A stretch of DNA of 62,700 bases, filler included, from Nemertoderma westbladi (lineage: Eukaryota > Animalia > Xenacoelomorpha): the NCBI GenBank assembly GCA_032718475.1. It is 3 parts of 3 records of this genome, joined end to end, with 100 filler letters (N's around TTAATTAATTAA, not from the genome) between each part and the next. Parts side by side here need not be neighbours in the genome. Positions count along the whole stretch, not along the records: positions 27,524 to 57,329 come from JAUCBJ010007320.1; positions 57,430 to 62,700 come from JAUCBJ010008874.1; 1 more part is not named here. One strand, 5' to 3'. Made by a program: the position numbers and the translations under genes. Each line of letters begins with the position of its first letter. The first letter of the stretch is position 1. Of the stretch, positions 50,413 through 62,700 are shown in pieces. The notes beneath the pieces are model-generated. The model was not told the origin of the DNA and did not search any database. It saw nothing but the letters and a program-made list of their open reading frames with translations.

Positions 50413-51090
50413 TCAATCTTGAGCATTCGACGACTCGGCGGGTGGAGTGGGTGGGTCTCGTCGCCTTAACCCAAACTTCTCTCGTTCGTCGTTATTGAGT
50501 TTGTAATTCTTAATCGTGACTCCTTCTGGCCAGATATCGGGATTCATTAGTGTTTCGCGATCGTCTTGATTGCAGACGAGGTGGAAATTTCGGTATGCAG
50601 CAGTGGCGTCCGTTGGAGCTGGTCGTTCAATGACGATGTCAAAGGGTAGGTTTTCGTCTTTTAGGAATGTCATTACATCCTCACTCGTTGTAGAGGGAGC
50701 AAACCTCCCAAGGAAGATGTGGGCCTTCTGGATTTGTGGGGTGGTCTGTGGAGCAGCTCGCAATGCGCCGCCAGACCGGCGCCCGTAGGTAGCAATCGGT
50801 GGTTCTTGTTGTCCCGACTGAGCGCTATTTCCGTGGGGACTCGAGCCTTGGTTGGGTACCGGTACCGGGGGACTTTGTTGAACGGCATCTCGATACGAGC
50901 GTTGTCCAGTTTGGTTGATGTTCGACCCATTTACCTGAACTGCGCCCGACAGTTGGTTTGTTGGAGTAGATCGAACAGTGATTAAATCGTCTTTGGCTTT
51001 GATTGATTCTGCCTGAGCATCCGCGAGTCTGCCCAGTCTAACACCAAGTCTGACTGCAGGACTGCCACTGTAGGCATCAGGGCATAACGG
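50413..51090 (-). CDS. LINE ORF1 C-terminal part (RRM-like), 5'-truncated
   Basis: HIFLGRFAPSTT..DV..FL, Y..F.L and LMNPDIWPEGV are typical of invertebrate LINE ORF1. Lies directly upstream of ORF2. Confidence 0.75.
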   Translation of the reverse strand, partial: PLCPDAYSGSPAVRLGVRLGRLADAQAESIKAKDDLITVRSTPTNQLSGAVQVNGSNINQTGQRSYRDAVQQSPPVPVPNQGSSPHGNSAQSGQQEPPIATYGRRSGGALRAAPQTTPQIQKAHIFLGRFAPSTTSEDVMTFLKDENLPFDIVIERPAPTDATAAYRNFHLVCNQDDRETLMNPDIWPEGVTIKNYKLNNDEREKFGLRRRDPPTPPAESSNAQD

Positions 51091-52170
51091 ACTTTCAGAC
51101 ACCATCAGTGCAATGGTCTCCCGCTAGAGGGCCACATGTCTAAACATTAAATGCCCTCCCATTTCTTTGCTTTTAATCCGTTTAAGCTGAAACTTGGCAG
51201 ATATGTATTAGACCATTAGCTGTGACTTTCAAAGGAGGCGAATCCATCTGCAGTTCTCCAGTCTGCCGCTAGAGGGCCAAAGGTCTGAAAGTGAAATCGT
51301 TGTCCTCGTTAGGATTTTGACATGCTAATAACTTTGTCGGATTTAAAGCTGCCAAGTTGAAAATTTGTAGGTATCAATATGAGCTAAAGTTGAGATTTTT
51401 GAGAGACTTTCAGACACCATCAGTGCAATGGTCTCCCGCTAGAGGGCCACATGTCTAAACATTAAATGCCCTCCCATTTCTTTGCTTTTAATCCGTTTAA
51501 GCTGAAACTTGGCAGATATGTATTAGACCATTAGCTGTGACTTTCAAAGGAGGCGAATCCATCTGCAGTTCTCCAGTCTGCCGCTAGAGGGCCAAATGTC
51601 TGAAAGTGAAATCGTTGTCGTCGTTATGATATTGACATGCTTATAACTTTGTCGAATTTAAAGCTGCCAAGTTGAAAATTTGTTTTGTTGAAAATCAGTT
51701 CAACAGTCACCCGCTATAGGACTACTTTATGCCTGAAAGTGAATAGATTCTCCCGTCTCATTGATTTGAATCAGTTTAAGCTGAATCTTGCCATATATTC
51801 TGGACCACATGCTGCGTATTTGTGGGGGGGGGGGGGGGGGGGGGAGATTTAATCGGTCTGCCGCTATACGACGAAATTTCTGAAAGTGAGATCCGTCTCT
51901 CATTTCGTTATCCGTTATTCAAGATGAAACTTGGCCGATGTACGTATGTACTATTCATCCATAGGCTGTGTCTTTGTGGGCCTGGAGACCCTAATCCATC
52001 TTCAGTTCTCACTATACCGCTAGAGTCAGAAATGTCTGAATAGAAATGAAAGAGGTAAAAAGTGATTAGGCGAAATCTGCTTAAAATTTGCTAATACAGT
52101 AATACTTTCGAATTAGTACTTAAATTAAATTTAAGTCACGTGCTGCGCGAAGGCCCCACTTCGTGTTCTA
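51091..52170 (+). repeat. 315-bp tandem repeat (2 copies plus decayed subunits), probable Helentron/DINE-like element
   Basis: Units at 51091 and 51406, each with two CCGCTAGAGGGCCA subunits. A homologous copy lies at 1000-1260. Confidence 0.7.
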
Positions 52171-54091
52171 CTATCATGTTCTATAATTGACTAAAGTTAC
52201 AAAATATATAATTCCTAGGAAGTTGTTTATTTTTGATAAGCATGTAATTATTTTGTGGCGAAAATTTGTTAATTTCGTTAAAATCAGTGAAAATTTGACG
52301 GTTTGGAGTAAAATTGGGTGGGTTGGGCCAACTCATATAAATTGTTGCCAGTGTCATTTTTCTTACCCTAAAACGTTCTTTAATTGAGCACAGTTTTAAA
52401 AAATATAATTTCTAGGAAGTTCTTAAACTACAGCTCAGACTTTCAAAAAGACGGTAATTTAACTGACTTTTTTTATTTGTCTGTCATACCTTCACACTGT
52501 GTCGAAATCGAAAATGGCGTGCATATTCGGATTCAGCAAACCAAAATGTACCTATATAGTATATTTTTAATTAATGTGAGGCTAAAATTAAAAAAAATTA
52601 AAAAGTGAAAAAAATTTTGGCCAAAATTTGCCAAACTTCCAAAAATACTTAACCTGCTCAGATTTTCATGAAATTTGGTATAGTTGTGCCCAGAGCAATT
52701 CTAAGAAAGTAATTTGAAGGATTTATGGAAAAATGCAATTTAAGCCGATATATGACATTTTGAGTGCCTAGTTTTGGGCTAAATTTCCAGAAAATACAGA
52801 TTTCTTAAGTTTGGCACTTATTTACTACCAGAAAGAAGCAAAGAGTTTTTGCATTAACATTATTGATAAAATGTAGAGCTATCTTATCTATCTGTGATGT
52901 TAAAGTTTCAGAAAAATATAATGACATAATTTGGAGAAATCCACTTTCTACCAAAACCTATTTTGTCAACTTCCAAAATTACCATTTTTCGGCCCGAATT
53001 TCCAACCCTTAATATTCAGACAACGCACAATATCAATAACTGTAATTGAACTCCCACCTTCCCTCTATATTACGCAAGTGGAACGGTTTCGTTCTAATTA
53101 CAAGAAACAGATTTATAATGATTTAAAATTGTCAAAAATATCAAAATTTGGCCAAAAGTATAATTATTGGCATAATGTTCAATATTTTTGGCCAATATTT
53201 TGATCCGATGAACAACTGTTTTGGATATGTATTCGGTATGAGTTTCAATGAAAATGGACAAACTGCTATGGTGATAGTGAGAAAACAACGTATAAATTTA
53301 CCATTGGGATAATTTTTGGGTAAAATTAAAATGTGGCCAAAATTGCCAAATTTGGCTAAACGAAATTTTTTAATGAAACTTGCAAATTTATCAGCGCACA
53401 AAGTCTCCAGAGAACATTTGAAGATTTCTGTCGCCTTCACTCCGAATTTCACCATTTAGTGCTAGAAGTTTCCAAATTATTGAACAACTAAATTGAAAAA
53501 ACGAAAACTACAAACGAGCCAAATTTCAGAGAATATAATTCCTAGGAAGTTGTAAACGTTGCAACGCCTACGCCCAGTGTGGGTGAATCCTCACGAAGGA
53601 TCCTCCCACGTTGTGTTGTTTTTTGCTTTACATAAGAACCGCATAACCAACGAGTTACGTTTTCATTGGCTCGCAAAGGACCGGCCCTAATTAATTGTTG
53701 TAGGCCACCAATAAAAAAGCAGATTGTTCCATCTGATGCAAAGGGGCTCATTCATTGGCTGTTTCGGGTTTCTTTGTCCTAGGACGGTAACTGAGACCGG
53801 TCCTAGCCAGGACACCATATTATGAATACTTAAGTTGCAGACATAGCTACTATAGGACCGTGTAAAGCGACTTAAATTTAGGACTGGACTTAAACACTGT
53901 TAGTGTTTACTTAGACCGAGATTGGAATGAGAAACAACTTTTGAAATTTAAATATTTTTCGTTATTTTTGTAACCCACATTTACTCTAAAAATTTGCCGC
54001 ACAGAAAGTATTATATTTGTACAGAATAGTTTAATTAAATGTACAACTTCCCATCACCATTTTGGGATTTCAACCGTTAGGATAGTTGAGT

Positions 54092-54290
54092 TTAGCATCC
54101 ATAGTACAAATTTAACTGACGATGGTCTTCTTCAGTCGGTTCATCATTCCTATCTATAAACGACCCATCTTTAGTGATCATAGTAGGAAGAATTCCAGTT
54201 TCAGAAAATGCGAAACTGTTGTAATGCATTATTGATTTTGTCTCATATGGACTTCCCAAAGAATCTATGTTCATGATATTGAAATTGTGC
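54092..54290 (-). CDS. Terminal exon of an astacin-family metalloprotease
   Basis: Acceptor tactttttAG; HNF...SLGSPYETKSIMHY..AFS (Met-turn SxMHY) and D..LN..Y.C-stop. Confidence 0.8.
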
Positions 54291-54649
54291 CTAAAAAGTA
54301 TAATATTGTTAGTTACATATGTAAAATAAATATACAATTAAAATCCTTTATATTTATCATAATTTATAATTTATCTTTATTAAGTTTCCTTTATAATTTT
54401 CTTTGATAGATAACACTCATAAGTAACTCATTTTACCAGTTACAATGTCGTCGTTTGCATCTATTTATGTCCCTATTGATTTGTAACTCAGTAACTCGAT
54501 AAGTTCATCCAGTTAGGTACGGGTTGCAAGAGTCGAAACCACGATTCCAAATTAAACAAATTTCGTATCACATGGTAAATGTTACATGCATGCACATACA
54601 CATGCGACACATGCATAACGGTAATCTAATTAGATTTTATACATGCATA

Positions 54650-54965
54650 ACGGACAGTCGTTGGAATAGGTGCCTGGCCGCATCGGGAGCGGGAATGCCT
54701 CGACGGAGGCTCTGGAGGTGGAGACACGCGATTTCTCAGAGGACAGCACTGGAGTCCGAGTCCCATCCACTCAGAGCCTCCAACACAATAGGGGTGAATC
54801 CCACACCCGAATTGTAGCACTCCTCGAGGTGGGTGGTGGGTGAGTTTGCGTTCCCGGGCGATGGAGAGGGCATGTCCAGGGGTACTGGCGGCTTGGGAGA
54901 GGGTTCGTGACTGAAGGGGGGAGATAACTGTGACATCTAGTGCCATGGGCTGGCCCCTTTCCTTA
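54650..54965 (-). mobile_element. Remnant restriction-like endonuclease region of a CRE-like non-LTR retrotransposon
   Basis: ALDVTVISPLQ...GHAL..ARERK..H..EC...G.GF.PIVLEAL.GW across a frameshift. Confidence 0.65.
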
Positions 54966-55229
54966 GTTACGGATATCAACTGATATGATTTTGATTATTT
55001 CGAATTTAAGGAACCCCATTTAGATAATCGGAATTTTTGAAGCCCTTGACTGTTGGTAGACTATCTGGGACTGTTTTCTGACTGTTTGGTGAGTTTTTCT
55101 GACTGTTGGTAGGTCGTTTTGATTGTTGTCCTCAATACAACAGTATTGTCCTTATTAACCTGGCTGACGCTCGGTAAATAAAATGCCTCGAGAATAATGA
55201 AAAAAAGTTCTACTTTTCTTCCCATGTAA

Positions 55230-55395
55230 TAAATAATAGTTTTTGGGGAGGAATTATTGTTTTTGGGGGGTGAATAATTAATTGCTCTTGGGGTATGATG
55301 AATTGTTTTTGTGGATGAATAATTGTTTTCGGGTATGAATACTGTAATTGTTTTTGGGGGATGAAATAATTGTTTGTGGGGGATGAATAATTGTT

Positions 55396-55426
<31 letters not shown>

Positions 55427-55595
55427 TGAATAATTGTTTTTGGGATGAATAATTGTTTTTGAGGTATGAATAATTATTTTGGGGGTATGAATAATTGTTT
55501 TGGGATTATGAATAATAGTATTTGGGGGATGAATAATTGTTTTGAGGGGCGAATAATAGTTTTTGGGAATGAATTATTGTTTTTGGGGTATGGAA
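55230..55595. repeat. ~21-bp degenerate tandem repeat
   Basis: GATGAATAATTGTTTTTGGGG units. Confidence 0.85.
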
Positions 55596-55725
55596 GAATT
55601 AATGAACAAAATGTAAGTATATTTAATTAATCAATATAAAACTGCACCAAATTCCCACCACCTATCAGAACAATAAAATTAAAAAGATATAAACAATACA
55701 ATTAAAAAAGGGGGTGCACTGGGGA

Positions 55726-55950
55726 TTAATACCGGTCTACGAGGTCATTCTCCCGCAGACCCGCACCATCCCCAAAGCCCAACGCCCTCCATGGTCGCCG
55801 GCCACCACGCAGACAAAGGGAGTTTGAGCGGAGGAGCGCGAACTGCAGCCGCCTCCGAACTCCCCCGAGAACGTAGGCTAGGCCACGTTCCCGCATCCCC
55901 TGCCGCCGAGCCACAAGGGTCTCAGCGAGGTGGCTGCTGAAGATATCAGT
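55726..55950 (-). mobile_element. 3' coding end of a second CRE-like non-LTR element
   Basis: LA...Y....VRRRLQFALLRS..LCLRG.R C-terminal motif in a GC-rich island. Confidence 0.55.
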
Positions 55951-56635
55951 CTCCTTGCACTGTTGCACCACACCCCATCGGTGGTTCCGACAAGGGGGGT
56001 GAAGGAGAACCTTCTGTCTTCGCACTTCGTCATTAATTGTTTTTGGGGGATGAATAATTGTTTTTGTTAAGATTGTGTGAAGAATAATATCATAACAGCA
56101 GATACCAATATTTGTTTTAATGAACAGACTGCAGACTGGTACATAGTGCGGTGCTACATAAACACAGGAGCACAAACTGCTATATACTGACACGGTCTGA
56201 CAATACACAACAATATGTATATATATAGTAACTTAAGGCCTAATACAGTACGGTACTACAGTACTGAGTTTTAGTTACATGGTAGTGTGTGAGTTACAAT
56301 GGGATGGCCTGAAGCCATGGTCTACACTACAAAAATCCAACACCAACTCTCGATGAGGCAGGTTAATTTGATGACAAGAATTATTAACAAAATAAAATAT
56401 ACTGTATAACAGTAATATAAACAAATCAACTGTGTCATCGCTACTATGTAGTTTAACATTTGCTTTGCGGGAAAGGGGCACTTTTACGAATAGGTGAATA
56501 TAAAAGGAGAATATTTCTCAAAAAGGCGATTATAAAAAGGGCACATTTCCCAAACATCTGTTCGTATAAAAGGGCATTTTTCTCAAAAGGGCGATTCGTT
56601 CGAACCAACGAACCCCCCCTGGCTACGGGCCTGGT

Positions 56636-57130
56636 GAACGAAATGTTTCAGCTGTTGGAGCATATGTTTCAGAATAATTCACATCTTTCACTTGGCTAAA
56701 ACCACGGGCTACAAATCTAGCCTTATATTTGTCAATCAAACCACTATTTTTATACTTTACTTTATAAACCCATTTACCAGATATAACCTCTTCAGTCTTC
56801 ACCAGGTGGTACAGTTGTTAGACTCCATGTTTTGTTATTTATTAATGAATTATATTCGGATTCCATAGCAATATGCCAATGATCACAGTTATCACTGTGC
56901 ATTGCATCTTCATAAGACATCGGCTCCATTGCACCATTTAAAATGTCAATATCACCATCATTAATGTGACTTTCATACTTAGATATATTGCCCCAATATA
57001 TTGGATTTTCATCATAAACGAAGTCACCATAGAGATGAGTTATAGACTTAAGTTATAGACTTGAAAATTTTTCACTAGGATCATTTGTTACCGTAGAATA
57101 AGGTAGACCAATTAGTTTTTTTATATTATT
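56636..57130 (-). pseudogene. Ty1/Copia reverse transcriptase N-terminal remnant
   Basis: Hand translation: EPMSYEDAM..W.IAMESEYNSL..NKTWSL..P.G / VISGKWVYKVK..G.IDKYKARFVARGFSQ..VNYSETYAP, with one frameshift. Confidence 0.85.
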
Positions 57131-57329
57131 TACGCATAAGCACCGAATTGTGATTGTAATGTTTGAGACACTAATTATTTGGATAATTTTTTTTGAAAAT
57201 TTGGTCCATTTTTTAAAAAATAAGCTAAATATATGAAAAAAAAATTGAAATTCAAATACCAATTGGTCTACCTGAAAGCCCGTTAAATTCCGGTTGGAAT
57301 GCAAGAAGAGTCGGCGTATAAAGTAATCT

Positions 57330-57429
57330 NNNNNNNNNNNNNNNNNNNNNNNNNNNNNNNNNNNNNNNNNNNNTTAATTAATTAANNNNNNNNNNNNNNN
57401 NNNNNNNNNNNNNNNNNNNNNNNNNNNNN
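57330..57429. other. Artificial assembly linker
   Basis: N44-TTAATTAATTAA-N44. Confidence 0.97.
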
Positions 57430-58504
57430 AATTCGAATGGCGCAAGCTACCGGCTGATTGGCTGATTCGCTGTGCGAAGGGATCTGGGCTACGTTTGATT
57501 GTCCAACCAGCTTGGGAAAGTATCTGCCAATAGGATTTGAGTTGATTTTGATTTCGACCTATCACAGATCTACTGAACTGAATTTTCCTATCTGTATGCT
57601 CTTTCTCTGTGTTGGGTGGAAGCCTTTGTAAATAAGGTTATTCTTATCAGTTTTCAGTGTTGTTGGTCTTTCTTTCCTGAGCCAGGAGAGAACGGTTTGT
57701 AAATATTTTGTGCTTTTCTGTTTTAGTCTAACACTAGTAGGCTTAATTATAAAGGGCATATATCCGTTATCAAACCAACAATCAACACCTAATATCAAAC
57801 TAATGAACACACTGAATCACTGTGCATACTTTTATATTGATATACTGCTATTTACTGTCAGTTCTTCATAATATGGTTGATGAATTATTATATTTGGAAT
57901 AACGATAAATAACCCCGAAACCCAATATTCTTGATATACCGAAGGTAAGAGAGAAAGGTTACATATAACGATTGTGACTTATGTTAAAGTGGTTTGAAGT
58001 GAATCTAATGTTATTTGATAGACCCTACATGAGTCAGTCCGTGTTCCTTTTATATATAACTAAAATCAGTGAAGATCGGCAGATCAGTGTGCAGTATTGT
58101 GCAGCATTGTGTATGAATGAGACTGATAACGAAGCATTTCCTAAAGAATGCGCCATATATGTGAATTATAACTAAGCCATATCGTTGTGAGTAGTTTAAG
58201 TCATAACTCTGTTTGTATAGATAAAGCGCCACGTCCTAAAGGAACTGTTAATATTCCCCGAAGGTGAATAATATTGTCAGAGATTATATAATACTGTCAG
58301 TCGAATAATACATTAAGCTTACATAGCAATAAGATTAAGCCGTCGAACCCAATCTCCCGGGTATATCCAGCGGGTGAATGATCGCGCACAGATTGGTTTC
58401 GACTAGTGTAGTGAATTAAATACTTGTCATAGACTAAAAGTGATTTATTATCTAGAAGACATCCTAATTTGGTGGGTTAAACTGCCAAAGGTCTAAAAGC
58501 GCGA

Positions 58505-59668
58505 ACAACTTCTTCAAGGCCTTTGATTCAGTCTCTCGCTCACGTATGTTCAGCATACTTTCATTATATGGGATTCCTGATGAAATTATTGCAGCAATCA
58601 GATCAGTATACGATGGTTCGACAACATTTGTGTCTACTGTTGACGGTGACACAGAACCATTTGAAGTGTTATGGGGCGTCCTCCAAGGAGACACACTTGC
58701 ACCATTCTTGTTCATTATTGTGGTTGACTATGTTCTACGCATGTCCTTAGATCATCATAATGATGATGGGGTGATGATAACTCCACCTACTGGCTCCAGA
58801 AGTCGAGGAAATCCTGCCAAGTACCTAACTGATCTAGACTTTGCTGACGACTTAGGAATACTCTCAGAATCATTAGAGGGAGCCCAGCGGCTCCTCAGCT
58901 CATTAGAACATGCTGCTTCTAGTGTTGGTCTTTTTATTAACTCCAGAAAGACCAAAATTCTGACAGTTAACTTTGAAAGTCCTCAGCAAGTCTCTGATCG
59001 GATGAGCATAAGCTCAAAGGATGGTATGCTTGAGCATGTGGACGACTTCTGTTACCTGGGATCATGGATCCGGAAGTCAGGTGAGGACCTTCGAATACGT
59101 AAGGGAAAGGCATGGGCAGCCTTGAATAGGCTTTCCAGGATTTGGAAGTCACCTAGAATTAATCGGAAACTTAAGGTCCGATTATTTAGAGCAGCAGTAG
59201 TTCCAGTACTCCTCTACGGGAGTCCATGCTGGGCTCTAACTGCTGAGGACACCAAATCTCTGGATGGCACATTTACAAGAATGCTACGCCGGGTACATTG
59301 TGTCAAGTACAATGCACACATCTCCAACCAGACACTATATAACATTGGAGGTGTCTCATTGGTTCCCCCAAGCTTGACACTAGAACAAAATCGCCTCCGC
59401 TTTGCAGGACATTGCTTTCGCCGTGAGGACCAGCCAGTGCATAATCTTGTACTTTGGCAGCCTCATGGAGTGAATAAGCATGGTGGACAGCCCATGACTT
59501 TCTTGAGACGCATCTTAAAGGACACTGGCCTTAAAGATGCGGATGATCTAGCAAATGTCATGGGTGATAGGGAGTTGTGGCGGTGCAATTTTGTTGACAA
59601 GCCGGCACAGCATTCTTAAAAATGCAGCTGCAATGCAGCATGCCGATCCTGGTGGTGGTGGTGGTGGG
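58505..59668 (+). mobile_element. 5'-truncated RTE-like non-LTR retrotransposon with an open RT frame (58546-59619)
   Basis: KAFDS, GVLQGDTLAPFLF, DFADD, YLGS and RLRFAGHC motifs; (TGG)n tail. Confidence 0.92.
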
Positions 59669-61934
59669 CGCTTAAGTTGCTAATTGGTTGGTCAGGGGGG
59701 GAGTTTATTAGATTTATAGAGATATACATAAATGCCATGCCAGCACTTAAATCTCCTCCGCACGATTTTTCAGTTCCGATGAAATAATATCTTAGGACTA
59801 CAATCTTAAGATCCACCATATTATATAGATGGCAATGGGAGCACGCCCACATCAACCCTACATGTGCGGGCTATTTTGCCGGGACGCAAAAGTATGGTGG
59901 CGTGACAAATGAAAGACTACAATGAGAGGACGACTAGTGTTTTATTACCCATAGAGACAACTGCTACAATCGTGGCTTTTGATAATTTTGAACGCAGGGT
60001 CCGAATCATGAGAATATAGGAGGAGGACTCAAGAACATAAAGGTAAAACAGAAAATGTTTGAATTGAACATAGTCTGTCATCGTGCTCCTTTCATTTTTT
60101 CATGAATTTTCTGTTTTTTTTTACAAAGGGACATGGATGGGGGAGCAAGATAATAATTTTCGCTCAATTTTGAATAAAAACATTTGTAAAAGTGCATACG
60201 GTGAAAAATAGCCCCCCCCCCTCCTCGCTTGAAAAAAATAGAGGAAAAGTTAACATATTTTTATAATTACATTTTTCATACTCAGGAAATAAATTCAAAC
60301 AGTTCCAGAAAATGGATTAAATAATTATTATTTATTACATGGGAAAAAAAGTAGAACTTTTTTCACTATATCTCGAGGCATTTTATTTACAGAAAACGTT
60401 AGCGAGGTTAATAAAGGGTCGAGAGAATATTGAAAACAAAGTCTACATTTTTATTCCCATTGTAATAATAGGTAATTTTATTGCTAAATTGGACTTTTTT
60501 GTTGTTGCTCAATTCTTTAATAAAAGAAAGAGCGATATATTGTTACAAAATAAATTGAGCTGTAGAATTTTACTATTTTGCTTCCATAGTTACTGCGATT
60601 CTCCAATTACTGTACTCTTAAACTCCTGATGCTGCCTTACAGATGTTCGCCTAGCAGATACTACATTTTCAATCTTGTGAGTGTGTGAATAGATTTTGCC
60701 CAAATTACGTGCAAACCTTTTCTACCTAGATGCTCTTTCAACACATGTAATAAAATTTAAGAAATTCCAAAAAAATATTTTATTTTACAATTTCCGCCGC
60801 TCGCCGGGAAAATAACTTTTCTTCCCTACGAATAAAAAAAGTACTCCTTTTTCAACCGATTTTTGAGGAATATTCGAGCGAAAAAGTATCAATTTAAGAA
60901 TAAAAATATTTATTATCCTTAGCCCGTGGTGGTTGGCACCAAGTTGTCCCAATTACAGTCTCATCGGCTTCCTTCTCTTTAGAGGAATATGTTAGTTACA
61001 AATTTAATCTCTAGTGGCAATGGGAAGTTCAAAGGTGATTCGATCTAACATCAGTAGACTGTCTAAATATACTTTGGATTATGCAGACAGCCTATTGTCC
61101 AATCAATAGTTTTTAGTTTTTTATCAATTAATTAACTCAATGTTCTGTGTAATTAATGTGAATAATAAAGTCGAATATATATAAACAATAATAAAGAAGC
61201 TTCTTCGTCAATAATTAAATTAAATTACGCGAATAAAATAGCACCAACAGTCAGGGTAACACTAAATACTTGACATTATGTCAAATTATCTGCACTCTGG
61301 TAATTTCCTCGTAAAGCTAGATAAAGTTTTAATTAATAACACGGAAACAATAACCTTCGAGAACACTTATTGAGTATACCCCAGTGTTCTAGCGTTTTTG
61401 ATAGTAATTTTATTGTTGTAAGATTGTCTAACAATAATTAATAATTAGGAATTTCAACAATATGCCTAAATATGACAAAATTAAAGTGAATAATTAAGTT
61501 GTAGAATGCTGAAAAGTAACATGGTGAAATGTAACACAGGTAGGCCTACGTATATCTAACGGCACCACTATTCAGCGTAAGACCCTTGTAAACCTCCCTC
61601 GCTTCGCTCGTTCGGGTCTACCTATATACTTTAGTCTTTACTACTTCACTAGATACATTTGATTAACTTGTTTTGCAATTTTAATTAAATTGTTAACAAT
61701 AAATTTTGCACAATAAAAATATATTAAAGTAACCATATATATATAAAAATTCATTTTATATATCAAAATAATAAAATCAGTTAGATATATTATATAGACG
61801 GAAAATGCAATAGTCCCAAAGGGGGTGGCTTGTGCTTTATGTGTCTGGTTTACGTTGGGAGGTAGTTTAATAATCTTTAGTGGTTTCCATTATGACATTG
61901 TTCATCCAACCTTTGCGAATCGTAATAAATAATC

Positions 61935-62591
61935 TCACAGCCATATTGCAGTAGCGCCGACGCCTCCCTCGTGCACCCCCATAGAGGGAGCGGGGTTCCA
62001 CTCGTCGGTCTCCGGATCGTAGACCTCCACGGTGGATAGGTTAGTGGCCCCGTCGTAGCCGCCCACGGCGTACAGACGACCGCACACGGCGACCACGGAC
62101 ACGCGGGAACGCCGACAACTCATCGGAGCGACGAACTGCCACGTATTGAGGTACGGGTCGTAGACCTCCACTGTGTTCAGGAAACTGTTCCCGTCGTAAC
62201 CGCCGCACACGTACAACTTACTATGCAGCACCGCGGCTCCTAGCCTGCACCGCTTCACCCCCATCGGGGTGGTCAGCGTCCAGCTATCCGTCGAGGGGTT
62301 GAACATCTCCACCGATTTGAATATGGAGAGTCCGTCGTGGCCGCCGCACGCGTAGATACTCCCCGAGAGAACCGCGAACCCCGCTGCGCTGCGGGACTTC
62401 TGCATGGAGCGTTGGAACTCCCAGCGGGAGTCCTGGCCCGGGATGAACCGCTCCACCGAGCTGAGACTCTGGGAGCCGTCGTAGCCGCCGCAGCAGTAGA
62501 TCGTATTGCCTATAGTTACCGCGCCCAGCGCGCTGCGTCGGCAGTTCATAGGGAGTAAACTGTTCCATTCGTTTATTCGGGGGTTGAAAAC
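61935..62591 (-). CDS. KLHL18: Kelch-like protein 18, last exon (Kelch repeats)
   Basis: Acceptor ccccccgtAG at 62593-62592, phase 0. KLHL18-type motifs GGHDGLSIF.SVE, RCRLGAA, RRSRVS and HEGGVG. Confidence 0.85.
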   Translation of the reverse strand, partial: VFNPRINEWNSLLPMNCRRSALGAVTIGNTIYCCGGYDGSQSLSSVERFIPGQDSRWEFQRSMQKSRSAAGFAVLSGSIYACGGHDGLSIFKSVEMFNPSTDSWTLTTPMGVKRCRLGAAVLHSKLYVCGGYDGNSFLNTVEVYDPYLNTWQFVAPMSCRRSRVSVVAVCGRLYAVGGYDGATNLSTVEVYDPETDEWNPAPSMGVHEGGVGATAIWL

Positions 62592-62700
62592 CTACGGGGG
62601 GGGCAAACAATACTCTAGTAAGCAGAATCACGCAGAGGGGGGGTTAGTGAGTGACTAATAATTCATCACGCATTATATCACCCTCGGTGTGGGGTAAGAG

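Noticed and set aside
52185-53550. DNA transposon bounded by ATAATTCCTAGGAAGTT motifs
   Set aside because: The motifs are direct repeats (three copies) and no TIR/TSD pair could be fixed; probably repeat-derived but unclassifiable by eye.

Overview
AT-rich, repeat-dense eukaryotic (most likely invertebrate animal) genomic DNA. It consists of three assembly pieces joined by artificial N44-TTAATTAATTAA-N44 linkers (27424-27523, 57330-57429). Host-type coding sequence: an intronless RNF25-like RWD-RING gene (32776-34410, -), the last exon of a KLHL18-like gene (61935-62591, -), an orphan astacin last exon (54092-54290, -), and a hand-assembled 3-exon gene (1957-6871, +) whose first two exons are missing from the ORF track. 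That gene has a hydrophobic N-terminus, QETDETVPGR repeats and a Myb/SANT-like C-terminus. Mobile DNA dominates: a full-length defective Ty3/Gypsy element (LTRs, tRNA-Gln PBS, PPT, CTAG TSD), an intact 561-aa DDE transposase ORF, several LINEs (three RTE-like copies, CR1/L2-group elements, CRE-like RLE remnants), a Copia remnant, hAT- and Mutator-type non-autonomous elements with clean TSDs, tRNA-derived SINEs and many satellites. The most striking observation is a 340-bp tandem duplication (9867-10551). Each unit carries, on the minus strand, a minimal type-I hammerhead ribozyme placed between tRNA-like Pol III A and B boxes.
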